Shown one piece after another: positions 53,440 through 64,000 of a stretch of 64,000 bases of DNA; position 1 is the first letter of the stretch, and each line of letters begins with the position of its first letter. The notes beneath the pieces are model-generated. The model made no database searches. It saw nothing but the letters and a program-made list of their open reading frames with translations, and was not told the origin of the DNA. The DNA comes from Chiloscyllium plagiosum. Lineage: Eukaryota. The position numbers and the translations under genes were made by a program. The stretch is from assembly GCF_004010195.1 (NCBI RefSeq), contig NC_057755.1, positions 7,716,145-7,780,144 of the forward strand. Reading direction: 5' to 3'.

Positions 53440-55095
53440 GAATGGAATCTGGCATTAAGTGGAAAAGGACTAGATTATAAAAGTAGAGACATTTGCTTGC
53501 ATATGTACATTAGTCATTTCTAGCCTTCAGTTAATAGGGGCACAGAATTCAAGAGCAAGGGTGTTATAATAAACTTGCAAAGGACACTGCTTTGTTCTCC
53601 GCTATAGTATAGTGCTCAGTCCTCGGCAGCACAATAAATGAAGGGTGTGAATGCATTGGACAGAGTGTAGAAGAAGTTTGAGAACTGTTCAGGGGATAAA
53701 ACTCGTCGTTATGAGGAAAGATTGGTGAAGTTGGGACTCTTCCCCCTTGTAGGGGAGATAGCTAAGAGACGGTTTCAAAACCATGAGAGTTTTGGACAGA
53801 GTGGATAGGGAGAAACTATTTGGGCTCAAAAAGGATTGGAGCCAGAGGGCACAGTTTTAAAATATTACACAAAAGAGGCAAATAAGGGTGGAAAAGAAAC
53901 ATTCACACTGTGAGCATTTAAAGTCTGGAAGGCATGCCCAGAAGTGTCATGGAGGAATGTTCAATTAACACATTCAAGAGGATATTAGATGACCATTAAA
54001 ATAGACACAATGTCAGGATCATGGGAAAAAACCAGACGCTTGGCACTAAATTAAAACGCTCAAAACTGATAAAGATATGATGGCCAAATGGCCTCCAGCT
54101 CTGCAACAAATTCTATGATACTGTGGGAGTGTCCTCAGTGTGGCTCAGCTCCATACTTTTACAATATTCTTGTGAAGGATTTTGTTTTACAATACTGTAC
54201 AAACATTAAGCTTTTGTATATCGTTCCACCAAGAGAAGTAGGCCACGTACTGGCAAAATGGGACCAGATTAGGTTGGGATATCTGCTTGGCATGGACGAG
54301 TTGGACCGAAGCGTCTGTTTTTGTGCTGTACATCTCTATGACTCTAAGTTAATTCATGCTACTTGAGCTCACTATCTAAGAACAAAAACTTTGTTTTTGA
54401 AAGTATTACGTGAAAAAATTATAAGTCCCTTATAAAAATGTATATATGTAGTTGCTTAGTGATACAGACCTTGAGTGTTGTAGAGTAAAGAGTCATACTG
54501 TTTCTTTGTCTTACACCCATCAAAAATCTCAAGATTACCAAACTTACTTCCGACTCTGGGTGACAAGGCTGTGGTGCAGAGCAATAATTGGTATATGTAT
54601 CATCCTTAACATAATTCGAAGTAATATTATAAAGCAAATTTTGACACTGAACCACATCAGGAGACTAGAGCAGAAAACAAAATGGTATGGTGGGAAGGTC
54701 TAATGAAGAAAGGCTGAGGGACTTGAGGCTGTTTTCATTAGAGAGAAGAAAGTTGATAGGTGACTTAACAGAGACGTACAAGATGATCAGACGGTTAGAT
54801 AGGTTGGACAGTGACAGCCTTTTCCCTCAGATCCCTCAGATAGTGTGAGGGGACATGGCTTTAAATTGAGGGGTGATAGATATAGGACAGATGTCAGAGG
54901 TAGGTTCTTTACTCAGAGAGTAATAAAGGCATAGAATGCCCTGTCTGCAACAGTCATAGGCTCACCAACTTTAATGGCATTTCAAGGGTCATTGAATAAA
55001 CATGAGAATGGAAAAGTGTAGGTTAGATGGGCTTCAGATTGGTTCCACAGGTCGGGCCAAAGGGCCTGTATTGAGCTGTAATGTTCTACCTTCTA
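53440..55095 (+). mobile_element. Cluster of CR1 3' fragments (~53440-54120, ~54250-54345, ~54700-55095)
   Basis: CR1 3' motifs, old and degraded. Confidence 0.75.
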
Positions 55096-55112
55096 TAATC
55101 TTTAGCAACTGA

Positions 55113-55719
55113 AGTGACGATGCAGTCGCTTTAGAAAGGTTATTTTGTCCTTTTTTCTTTAAGAGAGGTGTTGAAGGCAGAGGTGCCGAGGGCTCTGGGA
55201 ACAGCCAAGTTTAGCAATGGCAGTGGAGTCGCCAGTTGTCCCAGTTCAGGTTTTTTGGAGCTTGGTTTAACTGTGGTAATCAAAAGATGCTGAACGGAAG
55301 GAAGGCAAACTTGAACAAATGATTCCTGATTGACTTTCTCTCTGAAATCTCTTTGGACGTTGTTCCCTCCTGCCTTTAAGAATTTGTCTTTCAATTTAGC
55401 TTTTTGCCAAGGGATGTAGTTATGGCATGTTACTGCGTTGGAACAGCTCCTTAGTTAAGTTGCTGAATCGGGTCGGTTAAGTTTGCCAATAGTTATATTA
55501 TTCTAAATTCTGTTTTCCGTTCTTTGTGTTTCAAATGTAGTGTAAAATAAGTTGTGTTTTGCTTAAAGCAGAGTGGTTTGACCGGCTGTGTCACACCTAG
55601 AATATCCACTTCACGTTTGTCTTTAAAATAAGAAAACGTTAGGGTCTAGGCTACCTTCTTAAGATATTTTGAGGGGGCCGCGGAGAGATTAGTAGTCATT
55701 GTCAGGCCGGTCCATAACA
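55113..55719 (+). mobile_element. Solo LTR inserted in the terminal exon of the NLR gene
   Basis: (a)gtgacg...ggtccataaca ends; 4-bp duplication ctga (55109-55112 / 55720-55723); resembles 3667-4243. Confidence 0.65.
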
Positions 55720-55818
55720 CTGAAAGATTCACCGAACGAAACAGTCAGTCCACCTCTAGATTCCTGCAGTGACTTTAGATGCCTCTTTCCATTTGGACTG
55801 AACCGATTCCCCCACAGC
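55689..55818 (-). CDS. NLR gene terminal exon (LWGNRFSPNGKRHLKSLQESRGGLTVSFGESFSVMDRPDNDY*)
   Basis: tgttccag acceptor; phase 2 matches the upstream exon across an 88-bp intron; LxxNxF capping LRR. Confidence 0.8.
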
Positions 55819-55906
55819 CTGGAACAGATCAAATACAGCCATAAATTAGATCGAAGTAATCGTTCAATAATCATTGACAAATATTACCCAGAAGATAAAC
55901 ACTCAC

Positions 55907-56074
55907 TCAATCAGTTCCAAACATCTGCAGGTCTGTATGAGACGGATGACAGCGGGGACAAATTGGTCTGTGAAGGAATTCGATCCCAGATCCAGAACTT
56001 TCAATGACTGGTTTGTACCGACAACAGTGGAGAGCTCCTGAGCACAAGAATCTGAGAGATTGACATCACACAAA
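55907..56074 (-). CDS. NLR LRR exon (LCDVNLSDSCAQELSTVVGTNQSLKVLDLGSNSFTDQFVPAVIRLIQTCRCLELI)
   Basis: 168 bp, ctatccag acceptor / gtgagt donor, RI-like LRR. Confidence 0.9.
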
Positions 56075-57985
56075 CTGGATAGAATGGAAACAGAAATGAA
56101 AAGAATCAAAGTCAACCTTCAGTGTTCATTAAAACCACTAGCATTGAGTATAGTAATAGTGTGCAGCTTTTGTTAGTAAAACAGATACTTTTAAAGTGTC
56201 TATTTAAATCAATTCTTGATAGGAATCACTATGTACAGTATGACTGTTATGACATAGGGTAAACTCTCCTGCTTAATTTAAACCAGCACCACAGAAAACA
56301 TTTATCCCGTGCAGTAATTTGCAAAAATTCGAGAGGCCAAGAACTATTTAAAGTAAACATGAACAACTTTATTTCTTAAAGTAATACAGAGAATGATTAA
56401 CTAACAACTATTTACAACTCCTTCCTCTAACCTATCTTTTACTTTCCCTTTCTACAATACTAGCCCGATAAAACACCCGATTAAGATTTACAAAACAAAA
56501 TTCCTTATCTCAAAACCAGGCAGCTTTCGGTTCTTCTGTATTCCTGTCTTCTTTCTTCTTCTGGTGGGGGGGTGTGGTTCTACTCCACAGGTTACTGAGC
56601 TTTCTTTTCTAGGCAGGGTGTAGATGTTGTTGGCTTGGCAGTTCTTCTCTCAACTGTCCAATCCTCCACGGTCTTATACCCCCAAAGCATCGGATTGTGA
56701 CATTGGCTTTTAAGATTGTCAACATACTAAATTCAAACTTGATTGGGATTTGGTACTTTCGTGGTATAATTTAAACTGATTGGTCGAATTTGTTTTTGTT
56801 TCATAGCAACTCAGCCAGTGCTACCTGCTCTGAACCAAACATTACATCATAAATTCTCCAGCACTCGGTGTGCTTACCAAGTCCTTCGCTCTCTTAAAGG
56901 TACAGTACACTTCTACACCTTCATAACACCTCCCCCTTTAAGAAAAAAATGAACCATCAAATCTCATTTAAACCCTATCGGTTAAATCCATGATAACGCA
57001 TCTGCGATTACATTCTTACGACCTGCAACATGTATGATTTTTAAATTTAAAGTCTGTAACATAAGACTCCAACAGAATAGTCTCATATTCCTGTCTTTAA
57101 AGCGTTCTAAGAATGTAAACGGATTGCGATCTGTGTACACAACCGTCTCTGACACATTGTTCGTGACATACACATTAAAATGCTGTAAGGGCAGTACCAA
57201 ACTCAATCGCTCCTTTTCGATTGTGGAGTATTACCTCTGGGGGATGTTGATCTTCTTCGAAAAGTAACCAACTGGCAGTTCAATCCCATCCTCATCTTCC
57301 TGAAGGAGTACCGTTCCAACTCCAACGTCACTAGCATCGATGGCGACTTTAAAAGGTTTTGAAAAGTTTGGTGTAGCTAAAATTGGTTTGGTGGTTAATA
57401 TGTTTTTCAAATGGTTGAATGTCTCCTGGCATTGTCCTGTCCACCAAAACTTTTGTGTTCTTCTTCAGCAAATCGGTTAACAATGCTGCTATACTTCTGA
57501 AGTTTGGAACAAATTTCGATAGGATCCGCTGAGTCCTAAGAATCGAAGTACCACTTTCTTCAAGGTTGGTCATGGAAATTCCTCGATGGCCTTCGTCTTT
57601 GCATTCCGTGATGTTAACCTTCCATGTTGTGCCCCAAGAACGTCACTTTTGCGTTTGTGAATTCAGTTTTGTTTAATTTTATCACAAGTTTTGTTTCTCC
57701 TAGACGCCCAAAGAACTCTGCCAATCCAGGATTTCCAACACCTCTTCTCTACATACCTCAAAGCCATCCATTCTACTTATTTGTGACTCAGTATTCACAT
57801 CGACGACAATGCCCTGTTTCTCCTAGACGCCCAAAGAACTCTGCCAACTGTACCATGTGATCTTTCCAGGACTTACTAAAGATCACTACATCATCCAAAC
57901 AGATTGCACAGTTTGTTGACCCAGCCACAACTCTGTTCATGAGTCTTTGGAATGTGGCAGGTTACAAATGCAGAAATTTATTTCG

Positions 57986-58220
57986 GAGAAAGTGAGGACT
58001 GCAGATGCTGGAGATCAGAGCTGAAAAATGTATTGCTGGAAAAGCGCAGTAGGTCAGGCAGCATCAAGGAGCAGGAGAATCGATGTTTCGGGCATAAGCC
58101 CTTCTTCAGGAATGCCTGCTTGGCACACCCTCCTCATTCCTGAAGAAGGGCCTGAAACGTCGATTCTTCTGCTCCTTGGATGCTGCCTGACCTGCGGCGC
58201 TTTTCAAGCAACACATTTTT
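57986..58220. mobile_element. Palindromic hammerhead family A element inside the Gypsy RT
   Basis: 15-bp duplication cagaaatttatttcg (57971-57985 / 58221-58235). Confidence 0.85.
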
Positions 58221-59027
58221 CAGAAATTTATTTCGTCAACTCCGATAAAGGTACCTGCCAATAACCACACATTAAGTCCAATTTGGTGATGTAACTGGCT
58301 TGTCCAACTTTCTCAATACAGTCCTCCAATCTAGGAATTGGACATGAGTCCAATTTTGTTGCGGTGTTGACCTGCCGATGATTCACGCAGAATCTTTGAG
58401 CCCTGTCCAGTTTGGGAACTAAGGTGCTCAGCGAACTCCATTGCTCTGGCTTGGTTCGATGATGTCCTCGTCGAGCATGCCCTCCACCTCTATCTGGCAC
58501 AGTATGGCTTTGAAAAGGTTAGGCTGATTGCAGTATTCCCTATATCTACTTCATGCAACACTAGCATTAATCCTTCCCACCTGATTCTTACATCGGTCCT
58601 TATACTGCAGTAACAAATTTTTTAAACTGCTTTCTATTTTCCTGAGACAGATAGCTTACTAGCCTATCCCACTCCTCAAGGTCTTCTTCATTTTTTAATC
58701 TATTTGGAGGCACATCAAAATCCACACCATCTGGATTTGATTCCTCACTCTGCGGGCCAGTAACTAACACCTGTTTCTCCAGTTCGTTCTCTTGAGTATA
58801 ACACGGTTTCAACATGTTCACATGACGTACCTGATACCTTTTTATTCCAATCTGGCAGCTTTACTGGATAGTTCACCTGACTCAACTTCTTCTCAATTTG
58901 ATAGGGACCACTAAACTTGGCTTTGAAGGGATCTCCTATCACTGGTAACCATACCAACATGTTATCTCCTTGGGAAAACGTCCAAGTCTCAGTGCTTTTA
59001 TCTCACCTGTTTCATTCTATACTTTTT

Positions 59028-59328
59028 AGATTAGATTATATTACAGTGTGGAAACAGGCCCTTTGGCCCAACAAGTCCACACCGACCCGCCGAAGCGAAA
59101 CCCACCCATACCCCTTACCTAACACTACGGGCAATTTAGCATGGCCAATTCACCTGACCCTGCACATCTTTGTGACTATGGGAGGAAACCGGAGCACCCG
59201 GAGGAAACCCACGCAGACACGGGGAGAACGTGCAAACTCCACACAGTCAGTCGCCTGAGTCGGGAATTGAACCCGGGTCTCTGGCGCTGTGAGGCAGCAG
59301 TGCTAACCACTGTGCCACCGTGCCGCCC
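59028..59328 (-). mobile_element. Young HE1 SINE inside the Gypsy integrase region
   Basis: Intact A/B boxes, (tctaa)n tail, atact flanks. Confidence 0.9.
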
Positions 59329-62300
59329 AATACTGTGCCCTCTTTAGGTGCTAGTTAGCTAACTCACCTAGTCTATTTAATCTCTACCTCACCCCTGATA
59401 CATACCTAAGTGTGATATCTCTGATTTTGGTCTTGTCAATTTTTCTTTAATTAATTTCAAAGGGCCTCCCACTTCATGACCGAAAATTAACTCAGAGAGA
59501 GAGTAGTGTGTAGATTCATTTGGGGTATCTCTAATGGCAAACAATATGAATGGGATACCTCTACCCAATTATTCGGGTAATCCTGACAGTATGCTCTCAA
59601 CATGGTCTTTGAGGTCTGATGCCACCTTTCTAAAGCTCCCTGGGATTCAGGACGAGATGCACTGGATTTAAGGTGCTTTATACCTAAGCTATCCAGAACC
59701 TCCTTAAACAGCCTTGGAGTAAAATTTGACCCTTGCTTCGAATGAATCTCTCTGGGTAGCCCGTACCGTGTGAAGAAAGCTACTAACTCCTCTACCATCT
59801 TTTTTTGTCTTGACACTCCATAATGGAATTGCCTCTGGAAATCTGGTAGACACATCCATTATGGTTAACAAGTACTGGTTCTCACTTTTAGTTCTCAGGC
59901 GGGAGGGCTACACAATCAATTATAACCCACATGAAAGGTTCTTCAAATGTGGGAATTGGCAACAAAGGTGCTGGTTTTATTACCGCATGTATGGCAAAAG
60001 TAAACCACATCCTTGTGCATTCCAGGCCAGTAAAAACGTTTTTGTACCTTAGTCTGAGTCTTTCGTATACCTAGGTGACCTCCTACAGGTAGTTCATGTG
60101 CTACCCGTAATATCTCCTACCTATATGCTACCGTCAACCCAATCTGGTGCACTTCGGCCATTACTTCTCTGCACTAACCTGCAGAGGAGGTCTCTACTTC
60201 TGCCTTAGCATTCTAACTTTCAGATAATAACCCTCTGGAATAATCTCTGCCTCCTTTTCAGAGTATGCATCCACATATCTATCTTTTATCGCCTTGTCTT
60301 GCTGTTGTAAGTCTCTTAGTCTTTAAGGACTAAACACTTCTGTCTGACTCTCTGCCTGTTCAGGTTTTCCCTGCACCATTACATCAAATAGGGTGTCTGC
60401 TAACTGAACCTCAACTCCTTCATCTTTCTCTTTCTTCTCACTTGGTGCTGTGACTTCTGATAGTGGGATCTGGTTACCACACAGCCTAGGAAGATACCAA
60501 GGTATTACTCGTCAGTTTCTTGGTCTTCCATGGGCTTCTTTACAACAAAGGGTGTCACTCCCACCTTGGATCCTGCCAATTCATTCAAAGAACAAACTGA
60601 ATTCCTGGAACTGACACTCTGTCAATCACTCCCACTGTATCTTTTCCAGTCTGGAGTTGGCACTCCAACCTGATCTTACATAGGGGAACATTAAATTTCT
60701 GTCCATCTATCCCACAAATTACCACACTCTCAGATAACAGGTCAGAAAGAGTGTATATTTGCTAAATCCCTTACAATCAGCGACTAGTTAGGTCCTGTAT
60801 CTCTCAAAATTATAACTTCTTGTCCTTCTCCCCCATTCTTTCTGACCCACGTTACCCACAGACACGAATTCTTTGTAGAGATCAGATACTAACTCCATAC
60901 CAGCTCCCGCCTAGCTTGTGCACTCTCCTGCAGCTTCTTGGCTCTTCTTGTGGTCTCCTCTTCTTTCTACACTGATGCCACTGGCTTAGCTTCTCCTACC
61001 ACGTTTTTGCCCACAGTGCCTTTCTTTAACGACTAGCACTGTGTCTTTACGTGTCCCACTTTGCCACAGTGGAAACCTGAGGCCTTTCAACTCCTATCCA
61101 CCCTCTTGGACTTCTTTTTTATCCTGAGGTAAATTCTTACCAGTGCTCTCTACTCTTGGTTTAGTAGTGTAGGATCTCCCCTTTTCCCAACTTCTATCCC
61201 TCACAGGATGAAATTCTGCCCGGAAGTTTGTCTTATGCAGCAACATGTACTCATCTGCTAATTCTGCTGCTCTTCTCACTTCCAGAACTTTCTGTTCTTC
61301 CACATGAATTCTTACCATCTCTGGAAGTAAATTTTTAAACTCCTCCAGCAGAATAATCTCTCTGAGAACCTCAAAGGTCTTATGTATTTTCAAAGCACAT
61401 ATCAATCCATCAAAATGACCATGTTGAATTCCTTCGAACCCAACATAAGTCTGACATGGTTCCTTCTTTGTGTTTCTGAACGGCTGTCTATATGCTCTGG
61501 TACCAATTCTTAAGCACTTAAAAAAGCCTGTTTAATCGCTTCATAATCTCTTGACCCCTCACCCAATAATGCCACAAATATCTCACTAACTCTGCCTACC
61601 AGTTTAATTTGAACCATCATTACCCATAAATCCTCGGATTACTCCATTTACCTAGCCAATTTTTCAAATGAAATAAAGAAGGCTTCAACAAAATGTGGCA
61701 GAGTTTTGACATACTTATATATATCACTAACATTTTTTTAATCTCTGTCCTGTTAACTTGACTTTGCCGACTAAGTCGCAACTTCTCAAGTTCAAATTCT
61801 CTCTCTTTCTGTTTGGCTGAGAACTTTCTCTATCTTTTTCCTTTCTCTCACTCGCTTCTCTCTCTCTCTTCCTCCCCCACCTCTTTTCTTTCTTTGTTTA
61901 TTTTCTGACTCCATTTTCCTCAATTGTAATTTTAAGTTTTTATACCTCGATTGCACTTGTCTGTTTCTCTGACACACCGAAGTGTTTGAGTAAATTCCTG
62001 ATAATTTCAGCTTTACTTTTGTCCTTGGATAAACCCAATCCTGATAATTTCAGCTTTACTTTTGTCCTTGGATAAACCCAAATCTAACTTATTTGCTAAT
62101 TATAAAAGCATGGCCTTTTTCTTTCCTAACAAACTTTCTTGGCAAATTTGAGAATCATCTTCAAGTACCAGAACTTTTTTGCAATTTTCTGAGCCATTTC
62201 GCTCACCTTTAATTTAATCAACCACAAGTCACCGAAAGTAAACAAACTGCCTCACTTACATTTTATTTAAAGATCTAGAACACAAACCTGCAAGTGTTTA

Positions 62301-62363
62301 AATCTGCTGGGAATTTTCGTAGCCCCAAATCTATCCAAATCTGTCTAAACCAGTTCAAGTTTG

Positions 62364-62642
62364 TGGGTGGCACAGTGGTTCGTACTGCTGCCTCACAGCG
62401 CCAGAGACCTGGGTTCAATACCTGCCTCAGACAACTGTCTGTGTGGAGTTCGCACATTCTCCCAGTGTCTGTGTGGGTTTCCTCCGGGTGCTCCGGTTTC
62501 CTCCCATAGTCCAAAGATGTGCAGGTCAGGTGATTTGGCCATGCATTAGTCAGAGAGAGGGGTGGGTTACCCTTCGGAGGGTTGGTGTGGACTGGTTGGG
62601 CCGAAGGGCCTGTTTCCACACTGTAGGGAATCTAATCTAAAA
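62364..62642 (+). mobile_element. HE1 SINE next to the Gypsy PBS
   Basis: A/B boxes, aatctaatcta tail. Confidence 0.9.
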
Positions 62643-63475
62643 AAATCATGGACCCGAACCCCCAAAACTGTTATGATATGGGGTAAACTCTCCTGCTTAA
62701 TGTAAAAGCGACAACACAGAAAAGATATATCCCGTGAAATAATCTGTGAAAATTTGAGAGGCCAAGAACTATTTAAAGTAAAAATTAACTACTTTATTTC
62801 TTAAAGCAAAACAGAGAATAATTAACTAACAACTGTTCATAACTCCTTTCTCTAACCTATCCTTTAGTTTCCCTTTCCTCAATACTAGTCCGATAAAACA
62901 CCCGATTAAGATTTACAAAACAAAACTCCTTATCTCAAAACCAGGCAGCTTTCGGTTCTTCTGCATTCCTGTTCTTTTCTTCATCTTGGGGAGTGTGGGG
63001 GGGGACTGAAGGGCTCCTGACTGAAATGTCAACTTTCCTGCTCCTCGCATGCTGCCTGACCTGCTGTGCATTTCCAGCACCACTTTAATCTTGACTCTAA
63101 TCTCCAGCATCTGCAGTCCTCACTTTCCTATTGGCAGTTCTCCTCTCAACTGTCCAATCATCCTCAGTCTTATATCCCTAAAGCATTGGATTGTGTAATC
63201 GGCTTTTAAGATTGTCAATATCCTAAATTCAAACTTGATTGGGATTTGATATTTTCAGGGTATAATTTAAACTGATTGGCTGAACTCGAATTTGTTTTTG
63301 TCTCATAGCAACTCAGACAGTGCTATCTGTTCTGAACCAAATGTTACTTTGTAAAGTCTCTAGCACTCGGTGTGCTTGCCAAATCCTTCACTCTCTTAAA
63401 GGTACAGAACACTTCTACACCTTTATAACAATGATATCAATTTGCAGAAAGACAATTACAGAGTCTGGTACTTAC

Positions 63476-63646
63476 TGCAGTTTCTGTAGTTTGCAGTCCG
63501 AGTTCCCCAGAACCGCACACAGTAGTTTCATCCCTGAATCTCCCAAATTGTTATTATTCATGTTCAGTTCTATTAAAGACTGGTTTGTACTAAGGGCAGA
63601 GCTGAGAACCTGAACACAAGATTTTGTCAGACCATTTCTGTACAGC
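63476..63646 (-). CDS. NLR LRR exon (LYRNGLTKSCVQVLSSALSTNQSLIELNMNNNNLGDSGMKLLCAVLGNSDCKLQKL)
   Basis: 171 bp, phase 2-2, ccgaag acceptor / gtaagt donor; canonical NLRP-type two-LRR exon. Confidence 0.93.
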
Positions 63647-63756
63647 CTTCGGATAAGAGAGAAAGAAGTAACAGGAATCAGAGTAAATCCCCAGAATTGA
63701 TCATTACTTACGCAAACAATAAATAGAAACACAGTCTCACACAGTTTTGTACTCAC

Positions 63757-63927
63757 AATAGCTTCTGTAGGTTGCAATGAGGATTCATCAGAGCCAATGA
63801 CAGTCGTTTCACTCCTAAATGTTTCACCTTGTTATTTCCGAGGTTTAGTTCTATCAGTGACTGGTTTGTGTTGAGTATTGCGGCGAGATCCTCAGCACAA
63901 GATTCTGAGAGATTGTTGTCACGAAGC
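63757..63927 (-). CDS. NLR LRR exon (LRDNNLSESCAEDLAAILNTNQSLIELNLGNNKVKHLGVKRLSLALMNPHCNLQKL)
   Basis: 171 bp, phase 2-2, ccccag acceptor / gtgagt donor; gene continues beyond the window end. Confidence 0.93.
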
Positions 63928-64000
63928 CTGGGGATTACAATCAGAAAAACACCCAGTTTTCATTCTTGTTTATGTCAATATTAAAGTGCTAGGCATCTAG

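Larger units (their letters stand above)
56245..63430 (-). mobile_element. Full-length decayed Gmr1-type Ty3/Gypsy LTR retrotransposon (gag-PR-INT-RT-RNaseH)
   Basis: LTRs 62669-63430 and 56245-56928 (tgttat..ataaca); TSD atgac/atgat; PBS-like tgggggttcgggtcc; PPT aaagggggagg; gag ILLEEFKN and FHCGKVGHVKTQC; LRDTG; HELPVGGHLG, SQGALERWHQT, FSGPYQI; KLDLMCGYWQVPL, LDDVVIF; DASDVGVG, NVIADALS. Confidence 0.93.

Overview
Repeat-dense vertebrate genomic DNA, most likely from a cartilaginous fish (shark), judged from the HE1-type tRNA SINEs, CR1/HER1-type LINEs and a GPR139-like receptor relic. Host genes read from the sequence: (1) a complete six-coding-exon MS4A (CD20/FcERI-beta family) tetraspan gene on the minus strand (27144->13894, 233 aa, all introns phase 0), ending in an ITSM-like TTYSNV motif; (2) the last four LRR exons of an NLR (NLRP/NLRC3-like) gene on the minus strand (63927->55689); (3) a GPR139/142-like GPCR pseudogene (43154-44045, +). 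Mobile DNA: many CR1 fragments, HE1 SINEs, solo LTRs, a full-length decayed Gmr1-type Gypsy element (gag-PR-INT-RT-RH order) inside an NLR intron, and a scrambled Penelope-like (RT + GIY-YIG) element. The most striking non-genic signal is at least four families of short Penelope-derived insertions. They carry minimal hammerhead-ribozyme motifs with covarying stems (one family has a U3-A8 core), are often head-to-head palindromes, and are flanked by 11-15 bp target-site duplications. Exon coordinates were checked base by base; repeat boundaries are approximate.
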